Shown here one piece after another: positions 37,758-47,862 of a stretch of 64,000 nt of DNA (positions are counted from its first letter, which is position 1; the number at the start of each line of letters is the position of its first letter). A model generated the notes under the pieces. The model saw only the letters and a program-made list of their open reading frames with translations, searched no databases and was not told where the DNA came from. A program made the translations under genes and the position numbers. This stretch comes from Gemmatimonadota bacterium (GTDB taxonomy: Bacteria > Gemmatimonadota > Gemmatimonadetes > Gemmatimonadales > GWC2-71-9). The DNA is taken from positions 128,001 through 192,000 of the forward strand of contig JBDHAB010000004.1 in NCBI GenBank assembly GCA_039588295.1, in the 5' to 3' direction.

Positions 37758-38998
37758 CCTCCCGCCGCCGACTTCGGGTACTGATCTCCACGAGCACGTT
37801 CCCGATCCATACCGACGACGGTGTGCCGCGTTTCATCTTCGATCTTGCGCGGTATCTCCAGGCTCACGCTGACGTGACGGTATTGGCTCCGGACGGTCCG
37901 GGAGCAAGACGATCAGAGGACATGGAAGGCGTCGATGTTCGCCGTTTCACCTATGCCGTCCCCCGCTCGAGCCAGCGCCTGGCGCTCGGACAGGGTATGT
38001 GGGACAATCTCCGGGAATCCTGGCTCGCCAAAGCGCAGATTCCCTCGTTCATGGTGGCCCAGCTCCGGGCAACGAAGCGACTGATCCGCGAGAATCGGAT
38101 CGATGTGGTAAATGCCCATTGGCTCGTGCCGTGCGGGCTCACAGCGGCCTATGCCGTTGGGCGGCATCCGAGCACGCGGTTGGTGCTGCACGTTCACGCG
38201 GGCGACGTGTACTTTCTCAACCGCCTGCCCGGTGGTACTGCGATCGCTCGCTACGTCGCGCGCCGCTGCGCCGGAGTCCTTGCCGACGGCAGCCACGTGC
38301 GCGATTCGCTGGACGCGCTGATCGGGTGGCCGAGCGATGCAACGCTTCGGCCGATGGGTGTCGACCTCGGCGTGTTCGGGCGCGATTCGGCAGACCAGGC
38401 AGGTGGGTTGGAGCGTAGCGAATTCGACGATGGGTTCCTGCTCTTCTTTGGCCGCTTCTCGGAAAAGAAGGGTGCGGTCTACCTGGTACGTGCACTCCCA
38501 CGGATTCTCGAGGTGCAGCCGGGACTGGGACTGGTCATGATCGGTGACGGTCCCGAGCGCCACCGCGTCGAGGAGGAGGTCGCCAGACTCGATGTCGCCA
38601 GCGCAGTGCGGTTTCTGGGCCGGAGGTCACATGCAGAGATTGCGTGGTATCTCCACCACTGCCGGGTTGCGGTCGTGCCGTCGATAATCGATCGGTACGG
38701 AGAAACCGAAGGCATGCCGACAGTCGTGGTGGAAGCACTAGCCGCAGGCGCGTTGGTGGTGGGAACCGCCGTCGACGGTATACCGGACGTACTGCGGCAC
38801 GCCGAGAACGGCTGGCTGTGTCGGGAGAAGGACCCGCAGGATCTCGCCGCAAAGATCCTCCAGGCGCTGCGCAGTCGCCCCGATTCGCCGGTAGGTCGCG
38901 GAGCGGCGGCGACGGCGGAGCGTTTTGGATGGGGGTCTGTCGCGGAGGATTACGTTGCACATCTCGAGCGGGCCGTCACTGGAGCAAAGGGGGAGTGA
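37754..38998 (+). CDS. GT4 glycosyltransferase
   Basis: AHW..P.G, FFGRFSEKKG, EGMPTVVVEALAAG motifs. Confidence 0.92.
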   Translation: MTSRRRLRVLISTSTFPIHTDDGVPRFIFDLARYLQAHADVTVLAPDGPGARRSEDMEGVDVRRFTYAVPRSSQRLALGQGMWDNLRESWLAKAQIPSFMVAQLRATKRLIRENRIDVVNAHWLVPCGLTAAYAVGRHPSTRLVLHVHAGDVYFLNRLPGGTAIARYVARRCAGVLADGSHVRDSLDALIGWPSDATLRPMGVDLGVFGRDSADQAGGLERSEFDDGFLLFFGRFSEKKGAVYLVRALPRILEVQPGLGLVMIGDGPERHRVEEEVARLDVASAVRFLGRRSHAEIAWYLHHCRVAVVPSIIDRYGETEGMPTVVVEALAAGALVVGTAVDGIPDVLRHAENGWLCREKDPQDLAAKILQALRSRPDSPVGRGAAATAERFGWGSVAEDYVAHLERAVTGAKGE

Positions 38999-40911
38999 TG
39001 GGCCGTAGACTCCACTGGATGGTACTGGGTGGCGGGGTCGTGCTCACTATGCTCGCCTATCGCCCTGCGCTCGACGTTGGGTTCGTCTTCGATGACCGGA
39101 TCAACATCGAGCAAGCCTCGGGTGTGCACTGGACCGAGGTATCCCGGGCAGCGGTTCGGGCGCTCAGGGACTCCACACTGATTCCGCGTCGGGCCGTTGC
39201 GAACGCGTCCTTCGCGCTCAACCACCTCGCCGGCGGCCTCGAGCCGCGGGGTTATCATCTCGTCAACATCCTGACTCATCTCGCCGTGGGCCTTGCGCTT
39301 GTGTGGGTCGCGCTCCTCTACCTGCGGGCGGTGTTCCCCGATCGGGAGCGGGAGCGGCTACTCCTTGCGGCCGTTCTGTCGGCCGTGCTGTTCCTGGTCC
39401 ATCCGCTCAATTCGCAGGCGGTGACGTACGTCGTCCAGCGGATGGCGTCGCTGGCGGCGCTGTTTTCGCTGCTCGCGCTCGGTGCCTACTGGGTCGGGCG
39501 CACCCGTCCGGGCGGCCGCGGGATCCCGTGGTTCGGCGCGGCCGCGGTTGCCTGGCTGCTCGCACTTGGCAGCAAGGAGAACGCGATCCTGCTGCCGCTC
39601 GTCGTGCTCACCTACGAGTGGTGCTTCAAGCGTGCCGAGTGGCGTGACCGGTGGCGCGGGATGGCGCCCGGTCATCGCTGGGGCGCCGGCATCGCCGGAC
39701 TCGTGCTGCTGGCGGTCGCCGCAGTCGCGATCCTCGGGTATGCCGGCGGGAATCCGGTCCAGTGGGCGGGCACGTTCCAGTATCGCGACTACACGCCTGT
39801 GGAGCGGGTGTTGACCCAGGCCAGGGTGCAGGTGTTCTACCTGACGCTCCTCGTGTGGCCGGCACCGGGACGCCTGAGCCTGGATCACGACTTCGCGGTG
39901 TCCCGCGGTCTCCTCGCGCCTCCGACGACGGTGCTGGCATGCCTGTTCTGGCTCGTGGTGCTTGCTGCAGGACTGGTTCTGGCCGTGCGACGGCCGCGCT
40001 ACGGTTTTCCCCTGCTGGCGTACCTGGAGTGGCATCTCGTCGAAGCGGGGCCGGTGAACCTTGAGCTGGTGTTCGAGCACCGCATGTACTTGCCGATGAC
40101 GATGCTGGCACTCGCGGCCGCGGTGGGTCTCGCCGAAGTGTCGAACCGCTACCGACGTGTGAGCGTGGTTGCCGCGCTGCTGCTCGCACTGCCGCTCGCG
40201 TGGGGCACGTGGCAGCGGAATCTCGTCTGGGCCGATCCGGAGGTGTTCATCTGGGACACCGCGCGCAAGGCGCCGAGCAAGGTCAGGCCATGGTACAACC
40301 TCGGCACACTACTGCTCAAGTGGGATCGGCCCGAGGAGGCGGTCGAGCCACTGGAGCGTGCGGTGCAGGCTGATTCGACCGACTGGCGGGCGACCGATCA
40401 GCTGGGGCTCGCGTATCTGGGGGTGGGGCGCACGGACGATGCGCTGGCCACGTTCCGACGTGCTGCGGCGCTCGAGCCGGACGAGGTCGAGCCGGAGCTG
40501 CACATCGGGCGGGCACTCGAGCTGCGGGGATCGACGCTAGAGGCGTCGCGGCACTTGCTGGATGTCGGCACGCGTCGCGGCTTGGCGGGGGACGTCATGA
40601 TGGCTATGCTGGCGCTGCAGCGGGCCGTCGAGCTCGACTCGACGAGCTCTGCGGCGCATAACGCGCTGGGGAACGCGTATCTGCTCGCGGGCCGACCGCT
40701 CGACGCACTCCCCCAGTACCGCCAGGCGGTATCCCTGGACTCCACCAATGTCGAAGCGGTGTACAACGCTGGCATGACGATGGCGGATCACGGTGATCCC
40801 GTGGAGGCGCTGGTGCTGCTCGAGCGGTTCGTCGAGTTGGCACCGGCGCGGTTCGCCTCGCAGGTCGCGGCCGTGCGTAACAGAGTCCGGGATCTGAGGG
40901 GTGAGTTGTGA
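38998..40911 (+). CDS. TMTC-like GT-C membrane protein with TPRs (putative protein O-glycosyltransferase), paralog A
   Basis: GFVFDD after TM1, YHLVNILTH, HPLNSQAV, SKENA, EHRMYLP, then C-terminal TPRs. Confidence 0.82.
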   Translation: MGRRLHWMVLGGGVVLTMLAYRPALDVGFVFDDRINIEQASGVHWTEVSRAAVRALRDSTLIPRRAVANASFALNHLAGGLEPRGYHLVNILTHLAVGLALVWVALLYLRAVFPDRERERLLLAAVLSAVLFLVHPLNSQAVTYVVQRMASLAALFSLLALGAYWVGRTRPGGRGIPWFGAAAVAWLLALGSKENAILLPLVVLTYEWCFKRAEWRDRWRGMAPGHRWGAGIAGLVLLAVAAVAILGYAGGNPVQWAGTFQYRDYTPVERVLTQARVQVFYLTLLVWPAPGRLSLDHDFAVSRGLLAPPTTVLACLFWLVVLAAGLVLAVRRPRYGFPLLAYLEWHLVEAGPVNLELVFEHRMYLPMTMLALAAAVGLAEVSNRYRRVSVVAALLLALPLAWGTWQRNLVWADPEVFIWDTARKAPSKVRPWYNLGTLLLKWDRPEEAVEPLERAVQADSTDWRATDQLGLAYLGVGRTDDALATFRRAAALEPDEVEPELHIGRALELRGSTLEASRHLLDVGTRRGLAGDVMMAMLALQRAVELDSTSSAAHNALGNAYLLAGRPLDALPQYRQAVSLDSTNVEAVYNAGMTMADHGDPVEALVLLERFVELAPARFASQVAAVRNRVRDLRGEL

Positions 40912-42569
40912 CCGGCAAGAGGATGCTGCCGATCGCGGTGCTTGCGGCCGGTGTGCTTCTCGCGGGGCTCGCCTACCTGCCGGCGTTGGACGCGGATTTC
41001 GTTTTCGACGACCCGCCCAACATCGTGGCGCAGTCCGGGATTCACTGGACCGAGTTTTCGGTAGAGGCGGTGCGGGGGCTCAGGGACTCGACGTTGATCC
41101 CGCGGCGGGTGGTGGCGAACACGACGTTCGCGTTGAACCACCTCGTGGGTGGGCTGGACCCCTGGGGGTATCACCTCGTCAACATCCTCGTCCATCTCGC
41201 GGTCGGGCTGGCCTTGGCCTGGGTGGCATTTCTGTATCTGCGGGCGGTGCTGCCGGGGAAGGACCGGGATGCCCTGGCGCTGGCGGTGGTGGTGCCGGTG
41301 GTGGTGTTCCTGGTGCATCCGCTCAACACGCAGGCGGTGAGCTACGTGGTACAGCGGATGGCGTCGTTGGTGGCGCTGTTCTGCCTGCTGGCATTTGGGG
41401 CGTATCTGGTGGGGCGGAACAAGCCGATACAGCGCGGTAGATGGCCGTGGTATGTCGCAGCGGTGGTGCTGTGGGGTCTGGCGTTGGGGAGCAAGGAGAA
41501 TGCGGTGCTCCTGCCGCTGGTGGTGGTGATCTATGAGGTGTGTTTCCACCGTCAGACGTGGCGCGAGTGGTGGGCAGCTCAGAGCCCTGCCGCCCGCGGA
41601 CGGCTGGTGGGTGTGATCGGTGTCGTGCTACTGGCCGCAGTGGGTTTCATTGCGGTGTACGCCGGGACGAGGCCGATTGCGTTCACCCGGGAGTGGGCGC
41701 AGCGGGACTTCAACGGGTGGGAGAGGATCCTGACACAGTTGCGGGTGCAGGTGTTTTACCTGGGGCTACTGCTGTGGCCGGCGCCGGGTCGGTTGAACCT
41801 GGACCATGACTTCAGCGTGTCGCGGGGATTGGCCGAGCCGGCATCGACACTCCTGGCGGGGCTCTTCTGGGTGGCGGCTGTTGTAGGAGCGCTGGCGCTG
41901 GCACGGCGGCGCCCGCGGTATGGTTTCCCCGTGCTGGCCTACCTGACATGGCATCTCGTGGAGGCGGGCCCACTGAACCTGGAGCTGGTGTTCGAGCACC
42001 GGATGTACCTGCCGCTCACCATGCTGGTCTTGCTGCTAGCGGTGGCCTTTGCTGATCTGGGCGACCGCAGGCGCTGGCCGGCTGTCATTGCGGCCTTGGT
42101 GGTCGTCCTCCCGCTGAGCTGGGCCACATCGACGCGCAATCAGGTGTGGGCGGATCCGGTCGCGCTCCATTGGGACACGGCCCACAAGTCCCCCAACAAG
42201 TTCCGGCCGTGGTACAACTTGGGCACGCTGCTCGGTGCCAACGGGCAAGTGCAGGAGGCGCTCGAGCCACTCGAGCGAGCCGTGTCGCTCCGCCCTGATT
42301 ATTCGCCTGCGCACAACCAGCTCGGCAACGTCTATTACTTCCTGGATCGTAAGGGGGAGGCGCTCACAGAGTATCGAGCGGCGGTGCGCCTGAACGCACA
42401 GAACGCCGAGGCGGTGTACAACGTTGGTATGCTGCTGGATGAACAGGGGAGGTTTGTTGAGGCGGTCCCCTACTACCGGCGGTTCGTAGAGATCGCCCCG
42501 GCGGAACTGGCCCCACGCGCTAATGAAGTGCGGCGGCGGCTAGGCGCGTCAGGTGACGTCCGCAGGTAG
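40908..42569 (+). CDS. TMTC-like GT-C membrane protein with TPRs, paralog B
   Basis: DFVFDD, YHLVNILVH, HPLNTQAV, SKENA, EHRMYLP; close tandem paralog of A with fewer TPRs. Confidence 0.82.
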   Translation: MTGKRMLPIAVLAAGVLLAGLAYLPALDADFVFDDPPNIVAQSGIHWTEFSVEAVRGLRDSTLIPRRVVANTTFALNHLVGGLDPWGYHLVNILVHLAVGLALAWVAFLYLRAVLPGKDRDALALAVVVPVVVFLVHPLNTQAVSYVVQRMASLVALFCLLAFGAYLVGRNKPIQRGRWPWYVAAVVLWGLALGSKENAVLLPLVVVIYEVCFHRQTWREWWAAQSPAARGRLVGVIGVVLLAAVGFIAVYAGTRPIAFTREWAQRDFNGWERILTQLRVQVFYLGLLLWPAPGRLNLDHDFSVSRGLAEPASTLLAGLFWVAAVVGALALARRRPRYGFPVLAYLTWHLVEAGPLNLELVFEHRMYLPLTMLVLLLAVAFADLGDRRRWPAVIAALVVVLPLSWATSTRNQVWADPVALHWDTAHKSPNKFRPWYNLGTLLGANGQVQEALEPLERAVSLRPDYSPAHNQLGNVYYFLDRKGEALTEYRAAVRLNAQNAEAVYNVGMLLDEQGRFVEAVPYYRRFVEIAPAELAPRANEVRRRLGASGDVRR

Positions 42570-42743
42570 GGATTGCAGGCAAGTGCGTCCTGCCAGAGCC
42601 AGCCACAGTCCTGGATGTCCCCGGTCTCGTTATCCAGATCTCCTCACGTGCCCGGACGGGAGTCAACTGGGAGATCTATGCGGGTTGTTGCAGTGAGTGC
42701 GCTGTTCACGGCCAGATCCGTGTTACACGTTCCTTCAGTCACT

Positions 42744-43661
42744 ATGCGCTATTGGCGTCTCATCGTCGCCGTAGCTGCCCTCACGATTCTGGTGATGTAT
42801 GTGGGACACGGAGAATTCGTTCGTGTGCTGTTGCGGACCCGGCCGACGTGGCTGCTGCTGTACCTGGTCGGCCTTGGAGCACTACCGCTCCTGTATGGCT
42901 GCCAGATCTGGGTCTCCCTCCGTCTCCTCGGTCACGATTTGCCCGTTTCCAGCGCCCTGTCCGGCAGTGTCAACGCATGGGCCGTAGGACAGATCACACC
43001 CGCGCGTGCGGGTGATCTGAGTCTCGCGCACTTCCTTGGTGCGAAGGCACCAGCGCCTGTCGTCGTCAGCTTGGTCGTGGTGGATAAGGCCCTCAGCTTG
43101 GCGTTGCTGGCCTTCATCGCCGCTGTTGCCGGTGTCACACTTGAGTTCAGCCTGGCAACATCCGTGATAATCGCTTCAGCGATTCTGCTCGGAGTGCTGG
43201 GTATTGGGAGCGTGCTCTTCCTGGCGATCCTGAGGATACCACGCGCTTGGCGATTATTGCCCCAGTTCGCCCGTCGCTTCTCCGAGCAGGCGCGACAAGC
43301 GCTCCTGGCCGTCACTGCGAGGTGGTCGCTGATCGCGTGGAACCTCGTGGCCATCCTGCTCAAGTGGACTGTTGTGTTCACGTTGATTTGGGTACTGTTC
43401 CGATCTCTCGACTACTATCCTCACGTTAGGTTTGTCACAGCTGCCTCAGCGATTGGGCGGTTACTTGCCCTAGTCCCTGTCACCGTTGGCGGTATCGGGC
43501 TCAAGGAGCCGATTCAAATCGTGATCTATCAGCTTGATGGCATTCCCGACGAAGCGGTTGTGGCCGTAAGCACACTCGGTGCGTCCCTTGGTTTCTTGAT
43601 GACAGCCTTTCTGCCGCTGCTCATAGCGAGAGGGTTCGGTTGGCGATCGGAGGTGTCGTGA
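42744..43661 (+). CDS. Lysylphosphatidylglycerol-synthase TM-domain (flippase-like) protein
   Basis: ITPARAGD, VVVDK and LVPVTVGGIGLKE motifs; multi-TM. Confidence 0.78.
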   Translation: MRYWRLIVAVAALTILVMYVGHGEFVRVLLRTRPTWLLLYLVGLGALPLLYGCQIWVSLRLLGHDLPVSSALSGSVNAWAVGQITPARAGDLSLAHFLGAKAPAPVVVSLVVVDKALSLALLAFIAAVAGVTLEFSLATSVIIASAILLGVLGIGSVLFLAILRIPRAWRLLPQFARRFSEQARQALLAVTARWSLIAWNLVAILLKWTVVFTLIWVLFRSLDYYPHVRFVTAASAIGRLLALVPVTVGGIGLKEPIQIVIYQLDGIPDEAVVAVSTLGASLGFLMTAFLPLLIARGFGWRSEVS

Positions 43662-44713
43662 AGCGCCTACTTGCGACGGCGTGGCGGTACTGGCGAGCAC
43701 GCTACCGACTGTCGTACCCACTCCAAGTTGGGTTTGCGGTGAACAACACGTGCAATACGTTCTGCCAAATGTGCAACGTTTGGCAGATGCGACCCAAGGA
43801 AGAGTTGGGTCTCGATCAGATCCGGGCGATCTTCTCCCGGCGTCTCTTTCAAAACTGCGTCACGGTCAGCTTGACGGGTGGTGAGCCAACAATGCGGCGT
43901 GATCTCGGTGAAATCCCCAAGATCCTCGCCGAGACGCTGCCGACTTTGAGGCAGGTTAATCTCACGAGCAACGGGTACACGCCGTCGGCGCTCAGCGCGC
44001 ACCTTGAGTCTTGTCTCCCGGTACTTCAATCTCATCGTGTCGGAATGTCGGTGAATATCTCCATCGATGGTGTCGGCGAAGTGCATGACAGGGTACGTGG
44101 ACGAGAGGGTGCCTTCGAGAATTTGAGTACCTCAGTGTCCGTCGTGCTAGGCTTGCAGCAGCGATATCGAGTCAACCTTGCTCTTGCGTGTACGATCACG
44201 CGGGGCAACCTGGCTGGGGTGAGGGACGTTCTTGAGTATGCGAAGCGACTCGGCGTGTACGTCATCTTCCGAAACGGCTTCACCATCCGCCGCATCGGGA
44301 GCGAATCAACGTTCGGTGAGTTTGGCGTTACGCCGGCTCAGATACCGGACGTCATAGACTTCTATGCCAATGCGGCGCTTCGGTATGATCCGACCTACCA
44401 GCGTCGCGAGTACTATCGCATGTTGCTTAGGATGCTCAAGGGGGGGGAACGAGACGTCCCGTGTCTGTATCGCAAGGCTGGGCTGTTCATCGATCATCGA
44501 GGAGAGATGTTCGTCTGTACCGTATTCAGCGATCGAATTGGGTCGGCGATCGGTGAACACGCGGAGAGCCAATTCCTGGATTCGGCCGAACATCGCAGCG
44601 AGTTGGCGTGCAGGGACTGCCGCAAGTGCTCGCATGATGTCACTCTCTATACCTCACTCGTCCAGCAAGGTATGGAGAAGCTTAGAGCGCACGTGACGGG
44701 TGTGAAGCGGTGA
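43658..44713 (+). CDS. Radical SAM protein with a C-terminal SPASM/twitch-like Cys cluster
   Basis: CNTFCQMC, LTGGEP, ISIDG...HDRVRG; C-terminal PC...VC...CRDCRKC. Confidence 0.9.
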   Translation: MKRLLATAWRYWRARYRLSYPLQVGFAVNNTCNTFCQMCNVWQMRPKEELGLDQIRAIFSRRLFQNCVTVSLTGGEPTMRRDLGEIPKILAETLPTLRQVNLTSNGYTPSALSAHLESCLPVLQSHRVGMSVNISIDGVGEVHDRVRGREGAFENLSTSVSVVLGLQQRYRVNLALACTITRGNLAGVRDVLEYAKRLGVYVIFRNGFTIRRIGSESTFGEFGVTPAQIPDVIDFYANAALRYDPTYQRREYYRMLLRMLKGGERDVPCLYRKAGLFIDHRGEMFVCTVFSDRIGSAIGEHAESQFLDSAEHRSELACRDCRKCSHDVTLYTSLVQQGMEKLRAHVTGVKR

Positions 44714-45957
44714 GGTTACTGAGGCTGCTTGTGGAGATACTAGGATGTGTTGTACTGCTTCCAGCGGCATGGATAAGGCGCGCGATGGGCCGCAAGTCGG
44801 GTCAGCGAATTGCCATCGTTGGCTGGTATGGATCTGAAACGGTCGGGGACGTCGCGATACTTGGGCAGGTGTTGAGCGAGTGGCGGCACGTCCTGCCACG
44901 GGTCACCATCACGATCGTCAGTTTCGCACCGAAGATCACGCAGCGCTCGCTCGATGATATCGATGAGCGGAAGGCACTTATTGCTGGAGAGGGTCTTGCC
45001 AGTTGCTGGGCTCTGGTCATGGCGGATTGGCTGGTATTCGGTGGCGGGCCTCTCATGCAGAGCCCAACGACGTTCCTGTGGCTGGCTCGGGTAATCGCGG
45101 TGAAGGTGGCGGGCGGTCAAGTTGTCGTGCACGGCTGTGGAGTAGGACCGATCCGGACTGCTGCAATGTGTCTGGCGGCATCAATGATCCTGCACCGGGC
45201 GGATCTGATAATGCTGCGTGACCGCACGATTGAGCAGTGGCTCCCGAGGTTTGCAGGTTCGTACCACGTCGTGTTTGACCCGGCATTCGACTATGTCAGA
45301 AGCATGTGTGAGTCGGAGCCCCGCGCGGATTCGGGACAACGATCACAGCGGGTGCTCGCCTTGTTTCTGCGATGGCCGTCAAAGCAGTACTTGGAGAGGG
45401 GAACCCTGCCTGAGGATCTCGTCGACACGATCGTTCAGGCCCTCATTTCGCTTACAGACCAGATGAATCTTCTCCTGCGCGCGTGCGTGATGCACGCGGA
45501 CTACCCGGAAAGCGATGACCGCCGCATTTATCAGCATCTTCGGCGCTCTCTACGTCGTGGTGTCACACTCGACCTGTCGTCGGAGCGACAAGCGCTGCGA
45601 GACATCGTGCATGCCGCCCGAAGTAGTGATGCCGTACTTGCAATTCGGTATCATGGATTGGTGATCGCGCTCGCCACGGGCACGCCGTTTCTGGCGGTTG
45701 ATTATACAGAACCGTGGGGCAAAACGAGGTCGACCGCCGAGCGCGTGGGCATGAGCGACCATGTCTTGTCGTGGACGCAGTCGACTGCCGCAACGATTGC
45801 GGATGAGTTGGCGAGCGTTTTGGCTCACGAGGCTCACCGGGAACAAGCGCGAGTGTTGGATGAGGATTTTGTGGGTCAACGCGTGGAGCTGCTGCAGATG
45901 CTTGTTGAGCGACGGAGAGACGGAGGTTACGAGGCGCGTGCCATGAGGTCTTCGTAG
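44710..45957 (+). CDS. Polysaccharide pyruvyl transferase family protein (CsaB-like)
   Basis: GWYGSETVGD, FGGGPL, GCGVGP, LRD, DPAF and RYHGLVIA motifs. Confidence 0.85.
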   Translation: MRLLRLLVEILGCVVLLPAAWIRRAMGRKSGQRIAIVGWYGSETVGDVAILGQVLSEWRHVLPRVTITIVSFAPKITQRSLDDIDERKALIAGEGLASCWALVMADWLVFGGGPLMQSPTTFLWLARVIAVKVAGGQVVVHGCGVGPIRTAAMCLAASMILHRADLIMLRDRTIEQWLPRFAGSYHVVFDPAFDYVRSMCESEPRADSGQRSQRVLALFLRWPSKQYLERGTLPEDLVDTIVQALISLTDQMNLLLRACVMHADYPESDDRRIYQHLRRSLRRGVTLDLSSERQALRDIVHAARSSDAVLAIRYHGLVIALATGTPFLAVDYTEPWGKTRSTAERVGMSDHVLSWTQSTAATIADELASVLAHEAHREQARVLDEDFVGQRVELLQMLVERRRDGGYEARAMRSS

Positions 45958-47078
45958 AGTCGCTCGTACTCAGTAATCTGGCGCTCTAGCGTGAATTGCC
46001 GTGCCACCGTGAGCCGTCCCTGTTCTCCCATGGCGTGTGCCAAGGCCGGCTCCCGCAGGATTGCGAGACATCGCCCGGCCATACCCGCAGGATCATCCAA
46101 TTCGGTGAGATACCCATTCACCCCATCTCTGATCACCTCAGGGTGACCGCTGACTCTGGTGGCCACGCACGGAAGACCGTTGGCGAAGGCCTCGAGTATC
46201 ACCATCGGAAGACCCTCACATGCAGACGGTATCAGCAGAACAGACGAAGACCTGTACAGGGGTGTTATGTTGCGGGACCGCAGCTTGCCCACCCAATGCA
46301 CAGCTCCCGCTTGCCCCAGCTCCTCGAAGAGTGCCACTACGTGCGGCACCTCGGACGGCTCCACTCCGACGATGTTGAGCGTAACGTCAGCGCGCTTCTG
46401 TCGGATACGTTGGAGCACAGAGGGCAAAACAGTGATGCGTTTTCGGTGAGTCGAGTTTCCTACATAGAGGATGGCCGTGGTGCTGCGCAGGGGGGAGGGT
46501 TCCAGAGGCGCGGTGTCGGTGATCGATGGTACTGCGTTGTAAATTATGGTCGCGCTACGGCCCTTCGTCTCACCAAGCACATCGCAAGCCGAACTGCGGG
46601 AGATGAATGACTCTGCGTCAGCCATCTTCAGCATGGCCCAATCCGACACCCGATGTAGCGTTGTGGTTAAGAACCGGTATCGAAGGTTCGCTAGGCTACG
46701 CCCATAGAGGCGTCCATCGATCCGGTAGGGCCGATGCGCCTCCGCAAAGGCACGAAAGCTCACGTGAAACGTCGCGAGAATCGGAGTTCTGATTCCCATA
46801 CTCCACATCCCGAGTGTAAACAGCAGCGCCTCACCATTGTGGCAGTGTACAACGTCAAATGCCCGCGCGCGTGATGCCAGCAGGGCAGTGCGGATGATCC
46901 ATCCAGCCGCCGTCTTCGAGACGCGCTCAACCGTCGGATCATCTACGCTGGTCCCTGCCGCTATTACGCATGACTCATGTCCTCGCTCTAGTAGTCCACT
47001 GTGTAGATGCGCGACCACCTCGCCTACGCCGCCTATCCGATCTGGAGGTAGGTAGGGCACAACATGGAGGATTCGCAT
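45927..47078 (-). CDS. GT4 glycosyltransferase
   Basis: MRILHV, GGVG, EGLPMVILEAFANG and EVIRDGVNGYL motifs. Confidence 0.9.
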   Translation of the reverse strand: MRILHVVPYLPPDRIGGVGEVVAHLHSGLLERGHESCVIAAGTSVDDPTVERVSKTAAGWIIRTALLASRARAFDVVHCHNGEALLFTLGMWSMGIRTPILATFHVSFRAFAEAHRPYRIDGRLYGRSLANLRYRFLTTTLHRVSDWAMLKMADAESFISRSSACDVLGETKGRSATIIYNAVPSITDTAPLEPSPLRSTTAILYVGNSTHRKRITVLPSVLQRIRQKRADVTLNIVGVEPSEVPHVVALFEELGQAGAVHWVGKLRSRNITPLYRSSSVLLIPSACEGLPMVILEAFANGLPCVATRVSGHPEVIRDGVNGYLTELDDPAGMAGRCLAILREPALAHAMGEQGRLTVARQFTLERQITEYERLYEDLMARAS

Positions 47079-47087
47079 TGCCCGAAC

Positions 47088-47816
47088 CTAACTCGGCATT
47101 ATTGAGGGCTTGCTGGCCACCAGCACGTGGTCGCATGGGTAAAGCGTCGCCATGCCGACCAACCGATCCAGGAGGCCGAGGAGACGCACGAGAATCAGAT
47201 AGTTAGCCAGCCACACCGGCCAGCGCAGCAGCGGCAGGCTCCCGAGCGTGCTCATGATGAGCGCACTCGCGCCATGGCCGAGGAAGCACAAGAGCCCGCC
47301 CGTCGGCGTGATCTCAAGCACCTCCAGGTCGGCCCGCCGGCACAGCGCTTCAAGCCCGTAGCGGGTGTACCGGTAGTAGTCATGCGGTGCCTCGTGGACC
47401 ACCGAGAGGTGCGGCACACTCAGGATGGTGACGCCGCCCGGTTTCAACACCCGCGCAATTTCGCCCATCGCGTCCCACGGCCTCGGCACGTGCTCGACTA
47501 CCTGGCTGCACAGGACGGTGTCGATCGACTCGTCGCCGATCTCCGACATGCGCTGAAGGTCCGCGATGACGTCGACGTCGCCCGAGCGATTCTCCACGTC
47601 GACCGAGAGGACTTCCAACCCCACGGTGGTCAGGAGTCGCTTGTACGGGGATCGGCCAGAGCCCGCATCCAGGCAGCGACCGTGCGCGTGTGCCGAAATC
47701 TGCCGGCGCACCGCGGCGTTAAGCCGCGCGCGGGCGAGGGAGAGGGTGTGCAGGAGCCCCCGAGAGGCGAGGGCCTCCTCGATGCGCTGCCTGCCGCGCT
47801 GCAGGAAGCGGGTCAC
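47088..47816 (-). CDS. Class I SAM-dependent methyltransferase
   Basis: CLDAGSG, LCSQVVEH, RVLKPGG and HEAPHDYYRYT motifs. GTG 47816 chosen as start to avoid overlapping the cytochrome gene. Confidence 0.85.
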   Translation of the reverse strand: MTRFLQRGRQRIEEALASRGLLHTLSLARARLNAAVRRQISAHAHGRCLDAGSGRSPYKRLLTTVGLEVLSVDVENRSGDVDVIADLQRMSEIGDESIDTVLCSQVVEHVPRPWDAMGEIARVLKPGGVTILSVPHLSVVHEAPHDYYRYTRYGLEALCRRADLEVLEITPTGGLLCFLGHGASALIMSTLGSLPLLRWPVWLANYLILVRLLGLLDRLVGMATLYPCDHVLVASKPSIMPS

Positions 47817-47862
47817 GGTGGACGGAGACTGCTGCGCAGGGGTGCGTGCGGATGCCGGGTCC

